Of a stretch of DNA of 64,000 bases, positions 11,940-22,240 are shown piece after piece; position 1 is the stretch's first letter, and each line of letters opens with the position of its first letter. Under the pieces are notes generated by a model, which had not been told where the DNA came from, made no database searches, and was given only the letters and a program-made list of their open reading frames with translations. Origin of the DNA: Massalongia carnosa (taxonomy: Eukaryota); assembly GCA_965645245.1 (NCBI GenBank), contig OZ287080.1, positions 1,550,001-1,614,000 on the forward strand, written 5' to 3'. The position numbers were made by a program, and so were the translations under genes.

Positions 11940-12659
11940 CTTCTAAGGGTTCAAGTCCCTTCATGCAGTCATCAGCTGGAAGAAGATGTGGACCAAAGGA
12001 GCCGCATCATCCCCCACCCGGGCACAGTCGACACGCGTTCTAGCTCCTGAGAGTTCAAGTCTCCCCATGCAGTCATCAGCTGGGATCAACAGAACGCGTA
12101 AAGGCACCGGGGCGAATGCTGTCACCTCAAGAAAACTCCATCTCGGAGCAGAATAACAATATCCCATTTAATAGGCCCGGCCTGTTAAATAAAATCGAGG
12201 AAAACAAAGTCACAAAACACATAGTCATCAATCACACGTTGTACAAAGCACACAGTCACAAAGCACACAGTCACAAACATACAGTCACAAACACACAGTC
12301 ACAAAACACACAGTCACAAAAAACACAGTCACAAACCAATAACACGTCCCTGTGAAGGGGGTTCTGCGGGGGCTCGTTAAGACAGATCTGCACCCCGTTA
12401 ATATCGGAGTACATATTTTTAGAGGTTCAAGTCCTTTCTAGCAGTCATCAGCTGAAAATAATGTATTTTGACACGGGCATGGTGTGGATTTGACACGGGT
12501 AGACCTCGATGGATCACAAAACGAATGAAAAGAGTTCAGCGGAACTTCGTTAATATTGTTCTCGAAGACCTCGTTAATAAGATTTTCATAGACCTCGTTA
12601 ACAACGTTCGGTCATACTCTTAAAGGTTCAAGTCCTTTCATGCAGTCATCGGCTGAGAG
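11940..12659 (+). ncRNA. Four dispersed copies of a ~43-nt structured RNA motif (P1 stem, 5-bp stem with TTCAAGT loop, 16-nt conserved bulge)
   Basis: Copies at 11940-11982, 12045-12085, 12415-12459 and 12617-12659; loop invariant, bulge nearly invariant, stems differ in sequence but stay paired. Confidence 0.65.
12205..12335 (+). repeat. Minisatellite (ACACAGTCACAAA-like, 13-16-bp units) inside the retroelement
   Basis: About 7-8 imperfect tandem copies of CACAGTCACAAA. Confidence 0.85.
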
Positions 12660-13020
12660 CTAAAGACGTACGACACGGGTCAGCTATGTCTATCACACGG
12701 GTCTCCTTCGTCTACAACACGGAGCCCTCCGGCTGAAAGAAATAAAACATATAGACACATAGTGTAGGGTCACACCCTACACGATACAAGGGATTTGGGT
12801 TATGAAAACCATCCGATTGATGGCTACCGTGAGCAACACGGCCCGAACCGGAGTCGTACCGGGGATGGTGGAGGCAACCTAGTCATCAAATAGGACACCC
12901 TTGGGACAAGAAGAGGGCAATATACGAGGAACCCGTTAATTGATAACAGTCTAGGCCCTGAGCTAATAGACGAATTTCAAACGAGCACCCCTCCGAGTTG
13001 TCCTCGACTTGTTTTGGTTA

Positions 13021-13390
13021 GTAGGGACGGAAATCGATACTATACTGCCTGGTCAGGAGCATAGCTGTCGAAATCCCTGCGAGACATGGTCGGTTCATAA
13101 ACGGGAGACCTTTATGAATAACGCGAAGTGGGCGTAAAAAACCCGTGAGGCGTGGTATGCAATGGCGGCCACCGTACGGAGACCGTCTGCATAGCCCGAG
13201 AGGACAGTATGCGCATGTCGGTGTATATAGAGCAGGGAATGTCTATCTCGCTCGTAACGAGACCCCGTCGGTTCGCCGGCGCATGGGCTACGGCTAGACT
13301 CGCCCTTGATATATGCTTAAGGAGTAAACTGGGTTTGACCTGGGCGAAAGGGACGTCGTTCACCCCAATCGTAGAATTCATCAATAGTCT
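13021..13390 (+). ncRNA. Large multi-hairpin structured block inside the retroelement
   Basis: GTAGGGA/TCCCTGC long hairpin (13021-13080); TTCATAAA..GG-GAGA-CC..TTTATGAA (13094-13118); CGTCGG-TTCG-CCGGCG (13266-13281); TAGCCC/GGGCTA long-range pair; G-U wobbles favour the + strand. Confidence 0.5.
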
Positions 13391-13481
13391 TGGGCCGTAA
13401 AACGCACCAGTGAGATGAACGAAAACTGGGATAGAGACTTCACGAAGGAGATGTCAACTCTATTTTATCATTCTTAGTCTG

Positions 13482-14585
13482 ATTGAACCAAAAACGGACA
13501 TAAGAGTACTGGGCCTACAAATCGACACAAAACTAAAATGGGGAGCTCATATACGGAAGACGCAGGAAAAGATGACGTCGCAGTCGCTAGCGCTCACAAA
13601 AATCTCGGCATCCACCTGGGGAGCATCCTTCGCAAAGGCCCGGCAGGTCTACACCTCCGTCGTCCGCCCGGCAATGACATACGGAAGCGCCGTGTGGCAC
13701 ACGCCCAAGGAAATCAAGAAAAACAAGGCCACGATGTCCAAACTCAGTGTCATGCAGAACAAATGCCTACGCACTGTGGCAGGAGCGTTTAAAGCAACAC
13801 CCGTCGAGGTTCTCGAAGCGGAAACTTTCATCGCCCCTATGGAGCTACACTTGGATCATCTGCAGATGAAAGCAAGATACCGCCTACGGGCCTCAGGGCA
13901 AGCGAAACTGATCACCACTGCCTGCAGCACAATAGCGAACAAGCTACGAGGCAAGGCAGGACGCAAAAGAATACAACGCCCCACCCTAGGAGATTTAAAA
14001 CACGAATGGGCCAGCAAGATGCTAAACAACGAAGCCCCAGCCGCAATACCGCCGCCGCCCCGACCCTGGTCAGGACCCGACCCTGTCCGTCTCGAGAAAT
14101 ACATCACGGCACGCCGAATTATCGGAAAGCACGCAAAGACCATTACAGTACGAATCAAGGAGCGTTGGGAGACCAGGTGGAAGGCGTATCAGGACCGCGT
14201 TCCCTACCCAACAGAGGCACAGCTCGGACCACTCAACAGAACTAGATTGAAGATTCATGACAACTTGATGAAGGCGGAAAGCGCGCTAACCACGCAAATC
14301 CGCACTGAGAAAATAGGTTTGGCAAACTTCCTGTTCAATCGTCGGGTTCCGGGAGCTATGACTCCAGCTTGCTCGTGTGGCTGGCAGAAACAGACTGCCA
14401 AACACATCATATTACACTGCAGACTAATCGAAGGCAGATATGAGCTGCTCAGACAATTGGGCACCCACGACTACCGGACGATTACGCGTTCGTCGAAAAT
14501 GCTGAAAAAGCTAACTGCATGGATAATAAAAGCAAACTTGTTAACACAGTTCTCACTAGCATCGCAAATGTTATACGAGATATAA
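13482..14585 (+). CDS. 5'-truncated LINE ORF2: end of RT (thumb) plus C-terminal CCHC zinc finger; no endonuclease or RT catalytic core
   Basis: IRVLGLQIDTKLKW...STWGASFAKARQVYTSVVRPAMTYGSAVW...QNKCLRTVAGAFKATP...LEAET and CSCGWQKQTAKHIILHC, typical of fungal Tad-clade LINEs. Confidence 0.85.
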   Translation: MEPKTDIRVLGLQIDTKLKWGAHIRKTQEKMTSQSLALTKISASTWGASFAKARQVYTSVVRPAMTYGSAVWHTPKEIKKNKATMSKLSVMQNKCLRTVAGAFKATPVEVLEAETFIAPMELHLDHLQMKARYRLRASGQAKLITTACSTIANKLRGKAGRKRIQRPTLGDLKHEWASKMLNNEAPAAIPPPPRPWSGPDPVRLEKYITARRIIGKHAKTITVRIKERWETRWKAYQDRVPYPTEAQLGPLNRTRLKIHDNLMKAESALTTQIRTEKIGLANFLFNRRVPGAMTPACSCGWQKQTAKHIILHCRLIEGRYELLRQLGTHDYRTITRSSKMLKKLTAWIIKANLLTQFSLASQMLYEI

Positions 14586-15384
14586 CTTCTCATTTTCGTC
14601 AAGGATTCTAAAGAAAAACGATCACAGAGAGCAGCCTGTTGCCAGCGAGGCTCCGGAGGTAGTGCGTAGTCTACGGGGTTTTTATTCCCAAGAAGGGTTT
14701 TCCTTGTATGATAAACATAGACAGCCCGCATGGGCCGGCCTTCGGCCGGTGTCATATCGGAATAAGAATAAATCAATCAATCAATCAATCAATCTAAAGT
14801 TCTGCATGCATACATACTTACCGACCCTCCACATAAAATACCCACCTACCTAACTCACCACCCCTACGGCAAACCCTCCCCCCCAACCAACAAACCAACT
14901 AGCCATTCATCCATCCTTCCGTCTTCCCCCCCCCCCTCCCCTAACTAAACTACCTACATAACATATCTCAAACAACCAAGCCAGGCCAAAGCTTACAGAG
15001 GTGGGACGAACTGCTGCAAAGCCTAAGGGGGGGGGGGCTGCGAACTACCGAATATTCGAACGAACGAATAAATGAATGAAAAGATGGGGAAAAGGGGAAG
15101 AGTGTTTCGGAATGGAGTGGAAAATAGGGGTATACTGAATATGAGCCGGGCCGTGCTTTCTGTTCTTTTTCATTACTATTCAATTCATTTATTCATCCGT
15201 TCGTGCGTGCGTGCGTGCAAGGGGGAAGGGAAGAGGAAAAAGGAAAGGAGAGAAGGGAGCGGTAGACGCGTAGAGTATGTATATCATATGTGTATTTACA
15301 CTAAACCTATTACTCAACTAAACACCACCACCACCTCCTCTTTTTCTCTCCACTTCCCTTCCTCCCCCGCCTTAAACCAATCCC

Positions 15385-17019
15385 CTAAGTCCTTCTCCCC
15401 CTCGGATCTGCCGCTTCCCGTTTCCTCCACTCCCTCCTCTCCCTCGTCCTCCACCCACCGCCCCCACCCTCGCTCCGGCGCTCCCAACCCCCAAGCCTGA
15501 TGACAAGACACGTGGCATTGTCGCCCCCCTCGCCCACCTCCTCGGCGTAGGCGACCACATCCCCGGCCGCCCCCGCGGGCGTCTTGGCCTCCTTGACCAC
15601 GTCCGCAATCTCCTGGTCGCTCACGCATCCACTCACCCCGTCGCTCACCAGCACGAGGAAGCTATACTCCCCCGGTGCCAGCTCTATGCGACGCACCTCG
15701 GGCTCCGCGCTCACACCCACGCGCTTGGAGCCCATGTCGCCGAAGCTGCGCGTGTTGGCCAGGCCGCCGAGCCGCTCCTCGCCGAAGCTGTCGGTCACGA
15801 AGCTGGCGCCCCAGCGGCGGAGGCGTGCCGTTTCCACGGGCGCGCTGGGGTGGTGGTCCGTGGTTAAAGGGACGGCAAGGCCATCCGAAGCCCGGCAGAG
15901 GAGGATACGCGTGTCGCCGCAGTGAGCGGTCAGCAGCGTTGATGGCGCGGAGGGGTGCCAAAACGGAGTTGGGGTCGGGGTGGAGATGAGGGCAATGGAG
16001 GCGGTGGAGCCGCCGACAAAGGGCTTTTGCGGGGGCTGATGTACTTCTGTTGCGTTCAGCGGGGCGTCAGCGAGGACGTGATCTGTGGCGAGGAGGGAGA
16101 GGCGCAGTTGGGTGGTGATGAAGTGGAGGTCCGCGGCCAGGAAGGCGTGGGTGAGGATTGTGGGCGAGGACGGTGGAGAGGCGGGATTGGTGAAGGCCGG
16201 GGGGTTGAAGCGGCGGAAGTAACCGCCTACTGTGTTTCGCCAGGATTTGAGGAGTGTGGATTGCAAGGTAGAGGCAACTTGAGTCGAGGTTAAATGTGGA
16301 GAGAATCCGTCGCCTGGCGGGGGTTTTGGCTGGTCGATGGAGGCACCTGTAAACGCTACATCAAACGCATTGGTCCTCCCATTTAGGCTCGATTCGAGGC
16401 CGTATTGCCGCGCCGCATCCTCAATGTACTCGTGTAGTCTCTCCCTTAGGAAGCTGCTGCACTCGCTGCCGCCGTGCCCGTCAAAGACGCCAAAGTAAAA
16501 GACCTGTGGGTCTCCACTCGCGCTTTCAGCGGCTGTAATCTCACCATTGCCCTGCCCCTGCTGTTCTTGCTGGCCATGCTCGTACGCTTTCAACGGGCTG
16601 CTGGCTGGAGCCCGTGTGAGATTGAGGGGCGCACGCTTGGCGAAGGCGGGGAGCTCGATCACGCCGGCTTGGTAGGTGTCTTCGTTGTAAGGACGGGTGC
16701 CGCGCGAAACGGCCACGCCAAAATGATGTTTAGCGCTGCGGAGTGGGATCCGCACCACCGTCGTGTCGCGCGTTACGCCGAGTAGCGGAGCGGGGGAAGG
16801 GCCACCTCGCTGGGAGGACGAGGAATTCGAGGTGTGAGGTTTGGACGCCGAGCGGGGAAGGTGGTGGAGGGGGCCGATAGAGGAGCGGGAGTCGGGATGC
16901 AGTGACGACGAAGGAAGGTGGGTTACAAAGTAATCGTGGAACGGCCGGCGGGGGAGGAGGGGTTTGGTGCGGAAGGAGGCGATGCGGTATCCCGTTCTCG
17001 GTGACATCGAGCTACACAT
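15385..17019 (-). CDS. PTC6: PP2C-family protein phosphatase, mitochondrial PTC6/AUP1-like
   Basis: SRGTRPYNED, FGVFDGHGG, GSTAS, AHCGDTR, LANTRSFGD, VSDGVS, DNAT motifs; Arg/Ser-rich N-terminus resembling a targeting peptide. Confidence 0.85.
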   Translation of the reverse strand: MCSSMSPRTGYRIASFRTKPLLPRRPFHDYFVTHLPSSSLHPDSRSSIGPLHHLPRSASKPHTSNSSSSQRGGPSPAPLLGVTRDTTVVRIPLRSAKHHFGVAVSRGTRPYNEDTYQAGVIELPAFAKRAPLNLTRAPASSPLKAYEHGQQEQQGQGNGEITAAESASGDPQVFYFGVFDGHGGSECSSFLRERLHEYIEDAARQYGLESSLNGRTNAFDVAFTGASIDQPKPPPGDGFSPHLTSTQVASTLQSTLLKSWRNTVGGYFRRFNPPAFTNPASPPSSPTILTHAFLAADLHFITTQLRLSLLATDHVLADAPLNATEVHQPPQKPFVGGSTASIALISTPTPTPFWHPSAPSTLLTAHCGDTRILLCRASDGLAVPLTTDHHPSAPVETARLRRWGASFVTDSFGEERLGGLANTRSFGDMGSKRVGVSAEPEVRRIELAPGEYSFLVLVSDGVSGCVSDQEIADVVKEAKTPAGAAGDVVAYAEEVGEGGDNATCLVIRLGGWERRSEGGGGGWRTRERREWRKREAADPRGRRT

Positions 17020-17259
17020 CTTGATTCCATCCCTCGTGGAATGAGCGAGCGTTTATCGCCCGCGATGGGTGTTTGAATAAGTAGAGAAGTGGGATTTGTT
17101 GGGACGTCGTTCTTTTAAGATAAAACGCACATTTTGGCGGGAACTCTTCACTAAGTTATTGATTTCCACTCCAATGCAACTCGACTTTTTTTATTTCCTT
17201 TTCCTATTCCTTTTCCTTTTTCCTTTAATTCATCGCCATCAAAAGACATTAAAGCAGCG

Positions 17260-18734
17260 ATGATTGATACGGAGTCATCGATTCTTCGAACGGATCTACA
17301 GGACCATCTCCCTCTCATTGCGAGTGGCAAAGTACGAGAAATCTACGAATTGGACCATTCAACCCTCCTTTTTGTCACCACGGATAGGATTTCGGGTATG
17401 GCAGTTTCTCCAACCAGCAATTGCTGACTGATTTCGTGAAATAGCCTACGATGTGGTCATGAAAAACGTAAGTCTTACGACAGTTTATTAGAAACAAAAC
17501 TCCCGTCGGTCATCATCCTCCGCGAGGCAAGAATCTGACGTTGGCTCTGGAAATCATCAGGGTATACCCCAAAAGGGAGCTCTTCTTACATACATTTCTT
17601 GTGCATGGTTCAATCTGTTACAATCTCTGATACCTACCCTTCGCACCCATTTTGTTTCTCACTCTATTCCAATCGCGATTCAGCAGAAGTTGCCATCACC
17701 ACTACTCTTACAACTAGAGCATCGTTGCATGCAAGTCCACCGTTTGAAGGTGTTTCCAAGTATTTCCTTGCTCCCGCTTATAAGTTTCCAACGGTCTCAT
17801 TCTTCGATTAGTCGAGGCTATCGTGCGAGGTTATATAACCGGCAGCGCGTGGAAGGAGTACGTTGAGAAAGGCACGGTACATGGAGTTTTAGTTTCAGGA
17901 CCCGACGGTGGGAAATTGGTCGAGAGCGAGAAGTTTGAGAAGCCGCTTTATACACCCTGTAAGCCGGAGGAAAGTGGCAACCGACATTCTAGCCACATTG
18001 CTTCGTCGGGTACAACATCTGATTATACTGTTCAGCAACAAAGGCAGAAGCAGGCTACAAGGATGAAAATATTCACCCAGATCGCGGTAGGAACCAAATG
18101 CGGCGATTCTACTTCCAGGACCTATTGACTGAACATTGGATAGCGGCAGAGCTTATAGGTTTGAAATACGCGAAACGAATCGAAGAGCTGAGTCTGGAGC
18201 TCTACATCAAGGTACACTTTCGGTCCACTCATCCTCTCCGAAACTCATACTCATCTAATGGGTGGATTCGTCCTAAAGGCATCCGAACACGCCTTGTCGA
18301 CAGCAGGTATCATAATTGCCGATACAAAATTCGAGTTTGGCCTAGACGACTCCACGGACGAAGTAGTCTTGATTGATGAGGTGCTGACGCCGGATAGCAG
18401 CCGCTTCTGGTCCGCTGCGTCGTATCGACCCGGCATTTCCCAAGAGAGTTATGATAAGCAGCACTTGAGAGGTAATTTATCCTCTCTTCTATGTGGCTTT
18501 CTTCGTCTCCTTGCGTAATGATTTCTCTCTATGCCTACGTCTTTCCCTCATTGAAATTGTAAATTGTCAAGGATTAACGGTGTGGTACTAGACTGGTTGA
18601 CGAGTAGTGAGTTAAAGGGAAAGGAGGGTGTAGAGTTACCGTTTGAGGTAGTGAGGCGGACGAAGGAGAAGTACGTCGAAATCTTCGAGAAGTTGATGGG
18701 GCGGTCCTGGGATGAGACGATGGCGTCGAGATGA
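17260..18734 (+). CDS. ADE1: SAICAR synthetase, multi-intron (about 7-8 introns)
   Basis: Spliced exons give [74 protein letters not shown]. Confidence 0.92.
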
Positions 18735-19887
18735 GCTTCATGGGTTTTATTTGCACGTTTAATGCCAAGTGCTGGAGTTACTTGTATTCACCCCCAATTG
18801 CACAAGGTTAGGTGACATTGGTCCGTGCAAAAACAGTCACAAAACACGCACGTACTTTTTTATATTCACTGTTTTGTTAATCTATTTTTTGTCCATACAT
18901 TGCTTTATACGAAATGACATTACTATCATCGAGTGTCCGAGTTCTTTTGTTTTATTTAGTCGTTATGTGCGGAGAATGTCTTCACGTAACTCATGTGAAG
19001 TACGAGGGAATTTTGTAACGACACACAACGATTGCCATGCATTCATACGATCGTAGCACAAGATTTGGGTTGAGCTATTTCATCCTAAATCACGATAATC
19101 ACCTCGTTTACGACCGTTTACGAAAGCTTCGACTCTGTAAAACAAAACTATGATCGATAGATGAATGATGTAAAATAGTAGGAATAAAAACCCATATGCA
19201 GCGAAACTGCGAAGATCGTGCATTTAATAGCTTATCACATATGTAGATATGACTGCTGTAGTCGGGACTTCAAAGATCTGGAAGCCCAAAGAGGAAAATA
19301 AGTAGGTACGCAGAATGTTGGTGAAACAAAAGCAATGTACGAGATTCAAACTCATAGTAATGAAACCGGAAATTTCCAAGAAGGGACTGGCTGAAAGCGT
19401 CATAACTGGCCGGAGAGGAAAGCTATTGGGGAGGGAAGAAGGTTCTCGTACATAAGTATAAACGGTGAAGTGGAGACGAAAGGGCAGGAAACGAACCTTT
19501 CCCCAACTCATTAGCCAGAGGATTGCTTTGAAAATTTTAGCCTCATAAACACTTTTGATTTGCTATGAAAGGATAAGCGTGCAAGTTTATGCTTACGACC
19601 TGACAAAATAAAGAAAGCCCAGACCAGATTCTGCCGCTACCGCCAGATCTTTAAACTTTATTACCAGCGCAACACAATACCATCCCATTCTATGATGCAA
19701 AATCTCGTCGAAGGAATGTTGTTCCTACTGCGAAGGTGAGGAAGCAAAGAACGCCGTTGCTAAAGACAAAAGTCGTAGTGATTATTCGTGAAGCAGACGT
19801 GGGGGTAACGGAAAGCAAGTGAGACCTAAGTAGTTCTAGTTAGTGACATGTATGACTCGCGCTAGGAAGTATATCTTCAGCTTACCT

Positions 19888-22240
19888 CTATCGCATTAGT
19901 AATACGTTGGAGAAATGTACGGTTTGTGGTACGACGGAAGGGGTCATGTAGTTGGTGATGACAATAATTGGTGTGATACCAAGACGAACCCGTAAATCCT
20001 GACGCTTGAGTGACAACGGATCTCCTTTGAATGAGATATCCCGATTGAGCATACACGATGGATTAAAGAAGGTGTTTACGCTCACGTGAGGATACGTAAA
20101 GTTGTGGCCAAGAGGAGTGCACATCATTAGAATAGCGATGCGATAAGATTCCTGATGGATATGGCTCAAATCATCCCAGGCTTGAGATTGCAGAACACCA
20201 GGAGCGACGAGGTAGGTGAGGCGATCCCAGAGATTACTTGTTTTCGATGAGACTTGTCCTTCGACGTATTTATAGAAGCCGGGAACTTCTTTCATCTCCT
20301 TAGCCGTGTCTGCAATGGCTACCATCAAGGCGAAGCGTAGATGAGGGGGAATGCCAGGCTGAATCTGATGTCTGAGCTCGCTGATTTTGTTGTCATGAGT
20401 CCTTGAAAATCCTCGCAGTGCCTGGGGTCGGAAGATGTCGTTGGTGATCCATGAATTGATAAGCTTTGCAACCAAGAAGTATCGAGTAGCACCAGAGCCG
20501 AGAAGAGGCATTACTTGTGAAATATCAGAATGTTTGGCAAAGGCTGATATAAGGCCTTCTGGTAGTCCCTTGTCGCGCTCCTGATCCGGGACGTTTGTGT
20601 AGTTGCGCGCCCACTCTTCCGTCAGCTTGAAAAATTGGCTGAATTCTGTTGACCAAGCGACTTTGGATGAGTCATCTCCATGTATAGACAAAGCGCGAGA
20701 CTCTGCGGCGACGTCATGCTGGAATTGAGGAGTAGTAGGATCAGCTAGCCATCCGGAGGACTTCGTAGAGTGGTGACCATAGGGAAATCCTGAGGTCCCT
20801 GACGAAAATTGGTATGGCGGGCCTGGTGCATAAGGAGCCACGCGCTGGCCCTGCACCGGGGTCACAAAACTTCCGGACCGAAAAGAGACTTGACTTTGGG
20901 CTGGCTGCCCAAATGATTCAGTCCGAAACGCTGTTTGCGGCCGTTCCGGAGGGTTGAAGGAAGGGGGAGGAAATGCATTTAGCTGTGGCGTTGGAGCCAC
21001 GAAAGATTTCGAGCGGTGATGAACCGCTGGGGGAGGTATCGCCGAATGATTAACCGTCTGAAGACCCGGAAAGACCGGCGGAGCCTGTTTATAGGCAGGT
21101 GGCCGCCAATAGGCACCAGCTGCCCCACCCCGGTGTGGGGTGTTGGTCTCCCGCGGTCCTTGGATTTGGTCGCTTTGGACCCGAATTGTCGTCTTCAGCT
21201 GGTTTATCCTCCTCTCCAGCTCTCCAATCCTCTCCCCCTTCTCTTTGAGTTGGGCCTCCGCCGTCTCCAACTCCCTCCTCGTCTCCGCAACCGCGGAGAG
21301 GGCCTCATCCCTCTCCGCGCGTAGACGGGACACCTCCTGTGACATCCCGTGGCCTGTGGTAGAGAAAGGTGAATGTTAGTTTAATTATCTTCACTGCTTA
21401 TCTGTTCGAAAAGAATAGATAGTAGTAAAAGCGAGCAAAATTTTCGGAATTATGCCAATTAGGAGGATGAAGAAAGTGAGTCAAGCCTTAAGGCACGATG
21501 TCTAAGGCGAATAAATGTGTAGAGTAGAGAGTTGGATAAAAGGAGCTTATTCTAGACGCGAGGTCATAAGGCAAATAGATCATGGATTGTCTTTGAAAAG
21601 AAATTATGTGCAGATGAACTTGCAAATGACCTGACGAAAACAGCTATGCCAGCCTTCAAACAAGAGACACAAGATACGAGATCTGCTCTCTGTGTGTTAT
21701 AGCCGTGATAAATTATGATGAGTCTGCTTTGCGATATGGAATGGTGGACTTGTGCAGGAGGGATCAGGGGAAGATTCCAAATAGGTTGAGGATGATACTT
21801 CTTCTTGAGGTAAGAAGATACAAAGAGGTAGATCGCCAAAGTTGTTTGAAGAGAGCTCGGATTGAAGGAGAGAGCGCTGTAAATGTGGCCGGGGAACAAT
21901 AGTGAATTTTTGTACAGTAGGGTGAAGATGAAAGGTCCTGGTGCCTCCAGATAGTGACGATAGGGTGAAGGTGAGAGATCTAATGCTTTGGAATAGTGAT
22001 GATGGATCTGAGCTAAGAAACAAGGGTGATGACTCTACTCTATAACTATAGAAATAGAAGGTGATAGTTTTTCTTAGGTGAGACGTAGGAAGAGAGTGAA
22101 GAAGTGATTGTGAAAAGAAAATAAAGAGGACTAGGTGAATGTGGTGTTGTGGGCGAGAAAAAATGCTAAATAAGCGAAGGGTAGAATAAAGAAATCTCTA
22201 GAAACTCACTACATGGGCCATTGGATGGCAATTCACGCAT
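19888..22240 (-). CDS. Hypothetical protein with N-terminal coiled coil and Pro-rich linker; probable small upstream exon
   Basis: 485-aa ORF 19888-21345; canonical acceptor at 21354 and GTGAGT donor at 22209 join an in-frame upstream exon with an ATG at 22240. Confidence 0.6.

Larger units (their letters stand above)
11539..14791 (+). mobile_element. Non-autonomous or chimeric Tad1-like non-LTR retroelement with 13-bp TSD
   Basis: Direct repeat ATCTAAAGTTCTG at 11526-11538 and 14792-14804; (AATC)n tail at about 14771-14794; 3' part encodes the LINE ORF2 C-terminus; 5' 1.9 kb is non-coding and repeat/hairpin rich. Confidence 0.85.

Noticed and set aside
11940..12659. Minus-strand hammerhead reading of the four repeats (CTGATGA...GAAA)
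   Set aside because: Only copies 3 and 4 have GAAA (the others have GAAG or GGGG), there is no stem II, stem I is out of register, and the conserved G-U pair works only on the + strand. Still worth including as a control.
11940..12659. CRISPR-like array or tRNA genes
   Set aside because: Eukaryotic context, irregular spacing of about 100, 370 and 200 nt, no cas genes; the T-arm has no D or anticodon arm.
15072..16785. Many overlapping ORFs around the PP2C gene
   Set aside because: GC-rich shadow frames with no recognisable motifs.
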